From Octopus sinensis (lineage: Eukaryota): a DNA stretch of 21,686 nucleotides. The position numbers were made by a program, and so were the translations under genes. The notes below the pieces were generated by a model, which worked only from the letters and a program-made list of their open reading frames with translations, had not been told where the DNA came from and made no database searches. Shown here piece by piece: positions 1 to 9,230 of this stretch; the first letter of the stretch is position 1, and the number at the start of each line of letters is the position of its first letter. The stretch spans positions 1 to 21,686 of the forward strand of contig NW_021823582.1 in assembly GCF_006345805.1 (NCBI RefSeq), written 5' to 3'.

Positions 1-418
1 TGTATGTGTGTGTCTTTGTATGTTGTGTCTTTGTAATGTTGTGTCTTGGTGTGTGTGTGTGTGTCGTTGTTATGTGTGTGTGTTTAAGTCTGTGTGTGTC
101 TTTAGTATGTTGTGTGTCCTTTGAAGTGTGTTTAAGTTCTGTGGTGTGTCTTTGTAAGTATGTGTCTTTGTATGTGTGTGTCTTTGTATGTGTGTGTCTT
201 TGTATGTGTGTGTCTTTGTGTGTTTGTGTCTTTGTGTGTGTGAGTATATGTCTGTGTGTGTCTTTGTATGTGTGTGTCTTTGTATGTGTGTGTCTTTGTA
301 TGTGTGCGTCTTTGTATGTGTGTGTCTGTGTGTCTTTGTTGTGTGTGTCTTTCTGTGTGGTGTGTCTTTGTGTGTGTGTGAGTATTGTCCTGTGTGTCTT
401 TGTGGTGTGGTGTGGGTG
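1..418. repeat. TG-rich minisatellite, ~16-bp unit TGTGTGTGTCTTTGTA
   Basis: Unit recurs directly (e.g. 165-330). The overlapping C/V and H/T ORFs are repeat translations. Confidence 0.9.
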
Positions 419-582
419 TAAAACACCGCCAGACGACTCTCTCAAAAGTCTGCGACCAGGTAACATGTACTTTGCTTCTGCTAATTCTTTTAATCGTTCG
501 CGTAGTCTCCGGCAGACATAGACACAGTCTCAGCACTTTCATCTTTGATGCAGCGGAACATGCGGAATATGAGAACTGAAAG

Positions 583-895
583 GAACGCAAAACATCCAGA
601 TAGACGATACAAAGAAAACAAGGACCAATCATTCGAAGTTTTCTTTCTTCAGTCGAGTTCCAGATTATCCTTGAAATTTCGGCTGGCTATACTCAAGATT
701 TCTCCAATCTGGCCAGCCCCAAGGAAAAACTAAGCTAAGAGTATTAGATACCTTGGAAGAAAGCAGCGAATGTATACAAAAACAAGGACGGAAAACGACA
801 ATGTTACAGAATATAAATACAATTATAAATACAATAAAATATAACAGCATAACAACAGGTGTCTTTCGACTAAGGACGAAATAAATTAAGCTGGC
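583..895. mobile_element. Dispersed repeat, copy 1 (reverse-complement of 17347-17663); class uncertain
   Basis: Shared blocks such as CAAGGAAAAACTAAGCTAAGAG and CTTGGAAGAAAGCAGCGAA are present as reverse complements at ~17463-17513. Confidence 0.8.
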
Positions 896-1002
896 GCGTG
901 TGGAAATGAAGCCTTACAGTAGAGATACAAAAATTTCATAAACACAGGGAAGAATATCGATGTTGCATGGACAACGGTCAGACCAAGAAATAAAGAAAGA
1001 TA

Positions 1003-1057
1003 TAATATATATAGATAGATAGATAGAGAGAGAGAGAGACAGACAGAGAGACAGAGA

Positions 1058-1100
<43 letters not shown>
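1003..1100. repeat. (TA)n-(GATA)n-(GA)n compound microsatellite
   Basis: Directly visible. Confidence 0.95.
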
Positions 1101-1102
<2 letters not shown>

Positions 1103-1103
<1 letters not shown>

Positions 1104-1256
1104 GACGATAAGAAAATAGAGAAAAAAACAACAAATAGAAGTGTGTCTGTGGTGCTAAAAACCCATTATTTAATTAAGCAGGTGAGAGTAATAATGGCTT
1201 TTTAGCACCATAGACACACTTCTATTTGTTGTTTTTTCTCCATTTTCTTTTCGTCT
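1103..1256. repeat. Foldback inverted repeat, ~67-bp arms (1103-1170 / 1190-1256), 19-bp spacer
   Basis: AACAACAAATAGAAGTGTGTCTGTGGTGCTAAAAACCCATTATT pairs with AATAATGGCTTTTTAGCACCATAGACACACTTCTATTTGTTGTT with few mismatches. Confidence 0.92.
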
Positions 1257-1397
1257 GTATATACATTAAACTACGGTTTACCTTTTTAAATTACCTGCTG
1301 CCGTATACCTTACACCAAGGACCATACTTACTGAGGTAATTACCAGCAGTGCCTCTGGATACTTCTGTCCGTTAGAGGGCTTAACACCTCTAAATTA

Positions 1398-1570
1398 TAC
1401 CTTACATCTACATGTATATATACATGCATATATGGGTACAGGACACCAAAAAAACGTCGAACACAATGAGAAACGAAAACATAAACACAAAACCAAAATG
1501 TGTTTATGTTTTAGTTTCTTATTGTGTTCGACGTTTTTTTTTTGTGTATACATACATGTAGAGGTAGGTA
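1398..1570. repeat. Foldback inverted repeat, ~42-bp core arms (1448-1489 / 1499-1540), 9-bp spacer, looser outer arms
   Basis: AAAACGTCGAACACAATGAGAAACGAAAACATAAACACA versus TGTGTTTATGTTTTAGTTTCTTATTGTGTTCGACGTTTT (2 mismatches). Outer arms TCTACATGTA / TACATGTAGA. Confidence 0.9.
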
Positions 1571-1658
1571 CGTAACATATATGTATGTATATATGCATAT
1601 GTTTTATTTATTAATTTATTATATGACGGAACGCACGCATCCATTTCTAAGTACGATT

Positions 1659-1659
<1 letters not shown>

Positions 1660-1690
<31 letters not shown>

Positions 1691-1730
1691 ATATATATAT
1701 ATAATATATAATATATATATATAATATATA
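1660..1730. repeat. (CT)n-(TA)n microsatellite
   Basis: Directly visible. Confidence 0.95.
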
Positions 1731-2226
1731 AAAACTCTAGTTGTGTGTGAGTGTCTGTCCCTTCGTTTAGATTCCTAACTCCCCCACATTTTGCGGTGGC
1801 AGTTTACCCAAATTCGGGGTATCTTATAGTCGTGATTCATATCGAGCCCGTCTGACTATTAGCGCGCGTCTACGATGAGTCTACGATTTTAAAAATATTT
1901 AACATCATTTTTATTCCATTTTAATGCATAAAATGCATCGTGGTTTCGATGGCTGGCGGAGTTGGCGTCCACGCTCACAGCTGCACCTGTTTGCTTCTCC
2001 CCTTCCCTCCCTCGTGAAGCTGTGGGGAAGGATGTAAAGAAATCAACGTCGTAATGCGTTGTCAAGGAGACCAGCGTTCTTTTAGAACAACGACTTCATG
2101 GCTTGAAACACCAAAACAAAAATGGCTAAGAAAGCCCGATTGGCATCTATAAGGGAAGTAACTCTCTAAAAATGCTTATATAGTTATTTCTCTACAAACC
2201 CGAGCAACGCCGGGCGATACTGCTAG
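1722..2226 (+). mobile_element. Non-autonomous Helitron, long variant
   Basis: 3' GC hairpin CCCGAGCAACGCCGGG (2199-2214), 8-nt spacer, CTAG (2223-2226), then T. Homologous to 3013-3315. The 5' TC end is blurred by the TA repeat. Confidence 0.8.
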
Positions 2227-2331
2227 TATATATATATATATATATATATATAACGTATATAATAAGGAAAGGAAAAAAAATAGAAGAGTAGACGTTATTT
2301 TATTCCACGTTGGTACGTATATCCAATAAAA

Positions 2332-2420
2332 GTTCTACAAGTTGTTTCCAAGCCTACTTAATTCAAAACAAAACGAAATATAATTCTTTTGAAATCACAA
2401 TTAGGCTTTTCCTCCGGATT
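2332..2420 (-). ncRNA. Degenerate type I hammerhead ribozyme (relic)
   Basis: Minus strand: CGGAGGA (2416-2410, one change from CUGANGA), stem II AAGCCUA/UAGGCUU with inner UUCAAAA/UUUUGAA, then GAAAC-AACUU-GUA. Stem I is only about 2 bp. Confidence 0.5.
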
Positions 2421-2527
2421 CATTAATTGGAATGAATGGGTTCCACCAATAAAAATACAAAAATCTTTACAATAGCCCAGGAGGAGCGAACCTGGATGTT
2501 TAACATCCCTTTGAAGGATTTAGGTTC

Positions 2528-2573
<46 letters not shown>

Positions 2574-2574
<1 letters not shown>

Positions 2575-2803
2575 TCTTTATTCTTTTATTCTTTTTTCTT
2601 TTACTTGTTTCAGTCATTTGACTGCGGCCATGCTGGAGCCCGCCTCTAGTCGACAATCGACCCCAGGACTTATTCTTTGTAAGCCTAGTACTTATTCCAT
2701 CGGTCTCTTTTTGCCGAACCGCTAAGTTACGGGGACATAAACACACCAGTATCGGTTGTCAAGCGATGTTGGTGGGGACATATATATACAGACACACACA
2801 CAC

Positions 2804-2852
<49 letters not shown>

Positions 2853-3007
2853 AATATAATACGACGATTTCTTCCAGTTTCCGTCTACCGAATCTACTCA
2901 CAAGGCTTTGGTAGAAGACACTTTCCCAAGATGCCACGCAGTGGGACTGAACCCGGAACCATGTGGTTGGTAAGCAAGCTACTTACCACATAGCCACTCC
3001 TGCGCCT
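2574..3007 (-). mobile_element. tRNA-derived SINE family A (CORE-like, octopus OR-type), near full length, with internal CA/TA microsatellite
   Basis: Minus head GGCGCAGGAGTGGCTATGTGGTAAG (A box) and GGGTTCAGTCCC (B box), CORE-like GGCATCTTGGGAAAGTGTCT, and an (AAAGAATA)-type 3' tail. The family name is from recollection, not a search. Confidence 0.85.
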
Positions 3008-3012
3008 ATATA

Positions 3013-3315
3013 TCTTTATATCTAAAAGTGAAGTTGTGTGCTGTCTGTCTCCTACGATTTAGATTCCTAACTACTCCCACATTTTGCGGTGCAGTTTAAT
3101 CAAAGGCGGGTATCTTATAGTCGTGATTCATATCGAGCCCTTCTGGGTATTAGCGTGCGTCTACGATGAGTCTACGAATTTAAAAAAAATTTACCATCAT
3201 TTTTTCCCATTTTTAATGCATTTTTTTTGCTATTATATAAGGGAAGTAACTCTCTAAAAATGCTTATATAGTTATATCCCTTACAAACCCGAGCAACGCT
3301 GGGCGATACTGCTAG
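3013..3315 (+). mobile_element. Non-autonomous Helitron, short variant (303 bp)
   Basis: Canonical A|TC...CTAG|T boundaries. Subterminal hairpin CCCGAGCAACGCTGGG (3288-3303). No TSD. Confidence 0.88.
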
Positions 3316-3351
3316 TATATATATATATATATATAATATATAGTATATATA

Positions 3352-3425
<74 letters not shown>
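3316..3425. repeat. (TA)n-(GA)n microsatellite
   Basis: Directly visible. Confidence 0.95.
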
Positions 3426-3428
<3 letters not shown>

Positions 3429-3521
3429 ATGTCTTTCTTTTTCTGTCTTAATCTCTCATTTGCAGACCCATGAAAATCGAACTTCTACTAACTACTTTCC
3501 CTATGTATCTGTATATATATA

Positions 3522-4282
3522 TATCCGTAATAATGAAGGGTGAAATTAATTAATTTGGAATAATTATCAATTACACCAAGTAGTCTTCGGCATGTAAAAG
3601 CCTCATTCGAAGGAAAATTTAAGTAATACTAAGCAATAAAGGGTTTAGCAACGAATTGCCTTACCACATACCGAATTTAGAAATAGCAGTCAAAGAGTTA
3701 TAGCTATTTCTTCTTCTACTAAAAAGGGAGATCTCAGTAAAAACAGCATTGGAAGGCAGACACAAACAGGTAAGAGAGAATGAATTGACGGCAATCTATC
3801 ATACATTTTTAAGTTATCTACGGACGTACGTTTCGAAATCAAGTTTTTAGGAAAGCATAAGAATTAAATATTAAATATTAAATAATTCTATCTTACCGAA
3901 ACTTCTTTTCTCTTCAGCGTAGAATACTATAATCATAAATGATTATATATTGAATTTTGAGATACTAGAAGGCACCACTCAACTCAGTATCAGAGCGAGC
4001 TAGAATCCGCAACTAGTATCACCGAATTCAATTTGTGAATGAAACGATTGTGTCACCAGCCCCTTCCCACCCGCGTGTAGCCAAAACAAGATGCTGGTCA
4101 TCTACTGAGATAAATATGGTTATCCGTAATAATGAAGGGTGAAATAATTAATTTGGAATAATTATCAATTACACCAAGTAGTCTTCGGCATGTAAAAGCC
4201 TCATTCGAGGAAAATTTAAGTAATACTAAGCAATAAAGGGTTTAGCAACGAATTGTCTTACCACATACCGAATTTAGAAATA
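3522..4282 (-). mobile_element. Non-coding hammerhead-bearing retroelement (retrozyme / Penelope pLTR-like): 599-bp monomer plus ~163-bp terminal direct repeat
   Basis: 3522-3685 repeats at 4121-4282 (two 1-bp indels, one substitution). (TA)n on both flanks, hammerhead inside, no long ORF. Confidence 0.8.
3817..3923 (-). ncRNA. Type I hammerhead ribozyme with extended stem II
   Basis: Minus strand: UCUACG-CUGAAGA-[76-nt stem II: GAAA/UUUC, AAGUUU/AAACUU, AGAAUUA/UAAUUCU]-GAAAC-GUAC-GUC-CGUAGA. Perfect 6-bp stem I, all core nucleotides present, predicted cleavage between 3823 and 3822. Confidence 0.88.
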
Positions 4283-4490
4283 TATATATATATATATATA
4301 TATCATCGAATCGTAGCCGCTCTCTCCTTCTCTCTCCCCCTCTCTTTCTGTCTCACTCTCTCTCTTTCTCACTCTGTATCTATACATATATGTATGTATG
4401 TGTACATATATGTACGTATGCATGTGTATATATATAAATATATGTATATGTAAGCATATATGTATGCATGTGTGTTTGTATATATATATA

Positions 4491-4539
<49 letters not shown>

Positions 4540-4646
4540 TATATGTGGTGTGTGTGTGTGTGTGTATGTATGTATACATATATATAGGTATGTGCATATG
4601 AATATATATTTATATATATATATGTATGTATATGTATGTGTATATG

Positions 4647-4679
<33 letters not shown>

Positions 4680-4817
4680 ATGTATACGTATGTATACATA
4701 TATGTACGTATGTATATTATATATGCATGAATATATATGTATACATATACGTATGTGTGTAATATACATGCATATATGCATATATATATATACACAACTA
4801 TTTCTTTGTATATATGC

Positions 4818-4864
<47 letters not shown>

Positions 4865-4965
4865 TATATATAATAGCTGTGTGTGTGTGTTATAAATATA
4901 ATAGATATGCCTGGACATAAATGTGTATGTGTATGTGTATGTGTGTGTACGTGTGTGCGTGTGTA
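4281..4965. repeat. Compound (TA)n/(CT)n/(TG)n/(TATG)n low-complexity tract
   Basis: Directly visible. Confidence 0.9.
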
Positions 4966-5539
4966 TTCCTTCACAAATAGCCATGTTTATACAATTAAAT
5001 TCAAATCTATTTGATATTTCATATTTCCTCCCTTAATAATCTCTCTAAACATTATATTATAATCCATTGTACACAACTTGTATTTGCAATTTATTACAAA
5101 TTACATATTTCAGTTTTATTGTCTTCATTCTAAATTAAATAAAGAATTGGCAGAGGGGAAAAGCAAAGACATACATTTAATGTTAGAACAACCCATGATA
5201 CGCCTTTCCATGTGGCAAAGTGAAAGTAGACAATGTTTAAATACAGGAAAGCACTTGCGCTTTCAGCCCCGATTTTTTCCCTTTTGTGTTCTACTTTCTA
5301 TGTTTTACCTACGAATTAATTGCAGACACGGAAGGAATTCGTATTTTGCTAACGACACATCACATAACGACACATTGACATCACCTAAATAATATATTGA
5401 TATATATCTGCGTGTGTATATTTAAATATATCTACAGGGCGTTCAGGTTAACTTTGACAACACTTCATGCCTCCATTTTTCAGAAACAGTTTTATATTTA
5501 TTGGTGAAGAATCAACGGCGTTGGAGAGCATAAATATTG

Positions 5540-6116
5540 TTTTCACATTTTGGCATGAAACCAGCAATTTTTGAGGTAGGAGTAAGTCTCTTACATCGAC
5601 CCCAGTGCGTAACTGGTACTTATTTAATCGACCTCGAAAGGATGAAAGGCAAAGTCGACCTCGGCGCAATTTGAACTCAGAACGTAGCGGCAGACGAAAT
5701 ACCTATTTCTTTACTACCCACAAGGGGCTAAACACAGAGAAGCCATGCAAGGACAGACAAACGGATTAAGTCGATTATATCGACCCCAGTGCGTAACTGG
5801 TACTTATTTAATCGACCCCGAAAGGATGAAAGGCAAAGTCGAACTCGGCGGAATTTGAACTCAGAACGTAACGGCAGACGAAATACCTATTTCTTTACAA
5901 CCCACAAGGGGCTACACACAGAGGGACAAACAAGGACAGACAAACGGATTAAGTCGATTATATCGACCCCAGTGCATAACAGGTACTTATTTAATCAACC
6001 GCGAAAGGATGAAAGGCAAAGTCGACCTCGGCGGAATTTGAACTCAGAACGTAGCGGCAGACGACATACCGCTAAGTAATTCGCCCGACTAGCTAATGAT
6101 TCTGCCAGCTCGCCGC
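5540..6116 (-). mobile_element. tRNA-derived SINE family B, tandem trimer (183-184-bp period)
   Basis: TCGACCCCAGTGC at 5596, 5780 and 5963. Minus head GCGGCGAGCTGGCAGAA, B box GAGTTCAAATTCC, core GCCTTTCATCCTTTCGGGGTCGAT. Confidence 0.9.
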
Positions 6117-6129
6117 TTATCTATCTCTT

Positions 6130-6475
6130 TTACCGGACCATTAACTTGCAGGGTCGTAAACAAACCGGCTCTGTTGTCAGGTAATGGTGGAATAACAAAT
6201 ACAAATACAAACACAAAGACTTACACCCACACTTATATACCACGGGCTTCCACACAGGGGTCGATATAAACGACTTAATCTGTTTGTCTGTCCTTGTTTG
6301 TCCCCTCTGTCTGTAGCCCCTTGTGGGCTGTAAAGAAACAGGTAAAAGAGACAGATAGAATAGGTACCAGACTACGAAATAGGTACTACAGTCGATTTGC
6401 TCAACTAAGAAAAGAAAACCTTCAAAGCAGTGCCACAACATGGCTGCAGTCCAATGACTAACGAAAGTACAAGAT
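6130..6475. mobile_element. Mosaic of SINE fragments: family A body (-, ~6130-6257), family B segment (+, 6257-6344), family A 3' end (+, ~6360-6475)
   Basis: Matches to 2715-2780, to 16912-16999, and to the reverse complement of 2600-2700 (CATGGCTGCAGTCCAATGACT). Confidence 0.7.
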
Positions 6476-7001
6476 GAACGATATACTAGCGCACATGATA
6501 GTTGAATAGTAGATGTACAGTAGTATTTAAGTATGCTAATATTTACGAGACAAATACGCATTAATATGGTATACGATAAATGTGTTAATATTGATAAATA
6601 CATATACATATTAATGTGTTAATATAACGGCGCGATGGCGGTGTGCAAGACAAGCAAATTAACACTTACGTATCAGTCTGTTGGCTTTCTTACCTACAAA
6701 CGCATTAAAATAAGCAGCTAGAATACCATCGCAGCTAATGTGATAGTATGGTGGTATTTAAATATCTAAAAAGAAATATTAATGTATGAAGAAACAAAAA
6801 GAACGAGTGTTAGTATTCATATATACATAATCACGTGAATGCCTTAATATGGAAAGTGTGCTGCTATCAAAATATACAAAGAAATTTGAATGCGTTAAAG
6901 GCTAGAGTATGGCGGTGTCATAGATAGAAAGACATATAACTCATACCGGATGCCCAATAAATCATTTTAATTTTTGATAAAAATTTGATAAAGAATCTAA
7001 T

Positions 7002-7757
7002 TGTGTGTGAGTGTGTGTGTGTTTGTTTGTTTTGTGTGTTAGCCTTGTTTGTTTTGTCTGTTTGTATGTGTGTGGATGTAAGTGTGTGAGCGTGTGTGCA
7101 GACGTACGTGTGTCGTATGTATGGTGTGTCGTCTGTATGGAGTGTCGTCTGTACGTATGAATGTGTGTGTTTGTGTTTGGCGTTTCTTTGTAGTTTTGTG
7201 GTTTCATATTTTGTTTTCTCTTTTCTTTCTTTCTTTTTTGTGTGTGTCTATGTGTGTATGTACGGTATGCATATGTGTGTGTGTATATGTGTGTGTTATG
7301 TGTGTGCTGCTTTACTTCTGAGTGTGTAAGTCGTTGATTTATATTTATATATATATACACACACACATACATACATATACATATAAGTGAGTGTGTGCGT
7401 GTATATGCATATATATATATACATATACATTTAACAACAAATAATTTTATACGACTATATATATATATATATGCGTGTGTGCATGTGTATGTATATTTGT
7501 GTATATACAGGCACATACATAAACGCACTTATTCAAATATATACACCCGTACGCGTGTATGAGACTTCATTATATATATATTTTCTCTTCCTTTAATGTC
7601 ATGTACCTACTCGTATGTGTATATATATATTATATATTATATATGTCTGTGTACAGACATGTGTATAATCTGTGTGTGTAGTCATACACACACACATATA
7701 TATATATATAAATATATACATCATACATATGCATATATATATATAGATATAGATATA

Positions 7758-7810
<53 letters not shown>
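7002..7810. repeat. Degenerate (TG)n/(TA)n low-complexity tract
   Basis: Directly visible. Confidence 0.85.
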
Positions 7811-7812
<2 letters not shown>

Positions 7813-7961
7813 TATTTTTTTGTATATATTTCATATTTTCAAGAAAACAATTTCTTCTGTGATTTATGATTTTGTCTTTTCATTTTATTCATTATTTTTG
7901 GGGTATTTTTGTTTTGCTTTTTGTTCTTTTCAGAATTTCTTTTACTCACCTACAAACATTT

Positions 7962-8399
7962 ACCTCCTCCTCTTCTTCTACTTCTTCTTTTTGCTCTTCT
8001 TCTTCTTGCTCGTCTTCTTCTCTTTCGTCTTCTTCTTCCTTTTCTTTTTCTTCTATTTCTTCTTCTTCCTTTTCTTCTTCTTCTTCTTGCTCTTGTTCTT
8101 GTTCTTGTTCTTCTTCTCTTCTTCTTCTTCATCTTATATTCCTTCTTTTTCTTGCTCTTCTTCTTCTTGCTCGTCTTCTTCTTCTCTTTCGTCTTCTTCT
8201 TCCTTTTCTTCTTCTCCTTCTTGCTCTTGTTCTTGTTCTTCTTCTTCTTATTATTATTATTATTATAATTCTTCTTCTTCTTGCTCGTCTTCTTCTTGCT
8301 CTTCTCCTTCATCATCATCTTTTTCATTTCCTTCATCTTCTTCTTCTTTCTTCCCTCTACTCCTCTTCTTTTTCCCTCTAATTATCATCCTAAACCTTC

Positions 8400-8432
<33 letters not shown>
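7962..8432. repeat. Imperfect (CTT)n polypyrimidine tract with (TTA)n and (CT)n
   Basis: Directly visible. The poly-S/F/L/K/R ORFs are its translations. Confidence 0.92.
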
Positions 8433-8629
8433 ACTCCCTCTCTTATTTTCCGTCTCTTTTTTCTTCATTCTTCATTTATATACGACATTTACCTCCCACT
8501 GCTATCATTTTTTTTTCTTCATCAAAATCTTCTTCTGTCGCAAAATGCGCGTAGAAGTATGTACATGTGGTTAAATGTTGAGCGGGGCATGGTAGGCGGG
8601 ATTAGGTGTGAATTTACACTAATAAATAA

Positions 8630-8661
<32 letters not shown>

Positions 8662-8863
8662 CTATGAAGTTTGACATGTGAATATATATATACTTATACA
8701 TATATATGTATATATACGCATGTGTATCTATATATAAATATATATATATATATGTATATAGATAGACAGATAAATCAATAGTGTATTCATATATTATACA
8801 GATTATTATATTTGAATGCACAATTGGCTTGTTGTTCCTCTGTGTCTTTCTCATATATATAAA

Positions 8864-8898
<35 letters not shown>

Positions 8899-8902
8899 TA
8901 TA
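8630..8902. repeat. (TG)n/(TA)n low-complexity tract
   Basis: Directly visible. Confidence 0.85.
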
Positions 8903-8976
8903 TGGAGGGGGGAGGCAGAGAGGAACAATAAGAGGCACAATATAGTGAAAGTTGTTTTCTGTAAAATTGTTGCTGA

Positions 8977-9230
8977 CTATTTCCGGTTTCGTTTCGGACT
9001 CAGAAATCTCATGAAATATTCTTCTTTTGCCTTCCAGAGGAGGTCGTTCTCTTCATTTATTTTATGAAGAGAGATAATTGTAACTCCCCCTTGTGCATAG
9101 GATCTCTACATGGTATGAGTCTAAGTGCGGGATGTTTTATTTGATGTCTTTGCACATTTACACGGTTGGTTAGTTTCGCTTTTGTTTCCCCAATATAATG
9201 TTCGTTGCATCGTGGCCATGTGATACAATG
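8977..9230 (-). pseudogene. Penelope-like element GIY-YIG endonuclease, C-terminal fragment (frameshifted)
   Basis: HCITWPRCNEHYIGETKAKLTNRVNVQRHQIK (YIGET motif, conserved Arg). After a frameshift: KINEENDLLWKAKEEYFMRFLSPKRNRK* (catalytic Glu helix and PxxN end). Confidence 0.8.

Noticed and set aside
2935-3007. tRNA gene
   Set aside because: The A/B boxes are SINE heads that continue into SINE bodies, and I could not build a complete cloverleaf.
5078-5392. 104-aa ORF in unique sequence
   Set aside because: Non-ATG start, no recognisable motif, and no convincing exon boundaries.
5433-5460. TA-CAGGGCGTTCAG, resembling a Tc1/mariner terminus
   Set aside because: No matching inverted end was found in the window.
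7820-8574. Ser/Phe/Leu/Lys/Arg-rich ORFs
   Set aside because: Translations of the (CTT)n tract.
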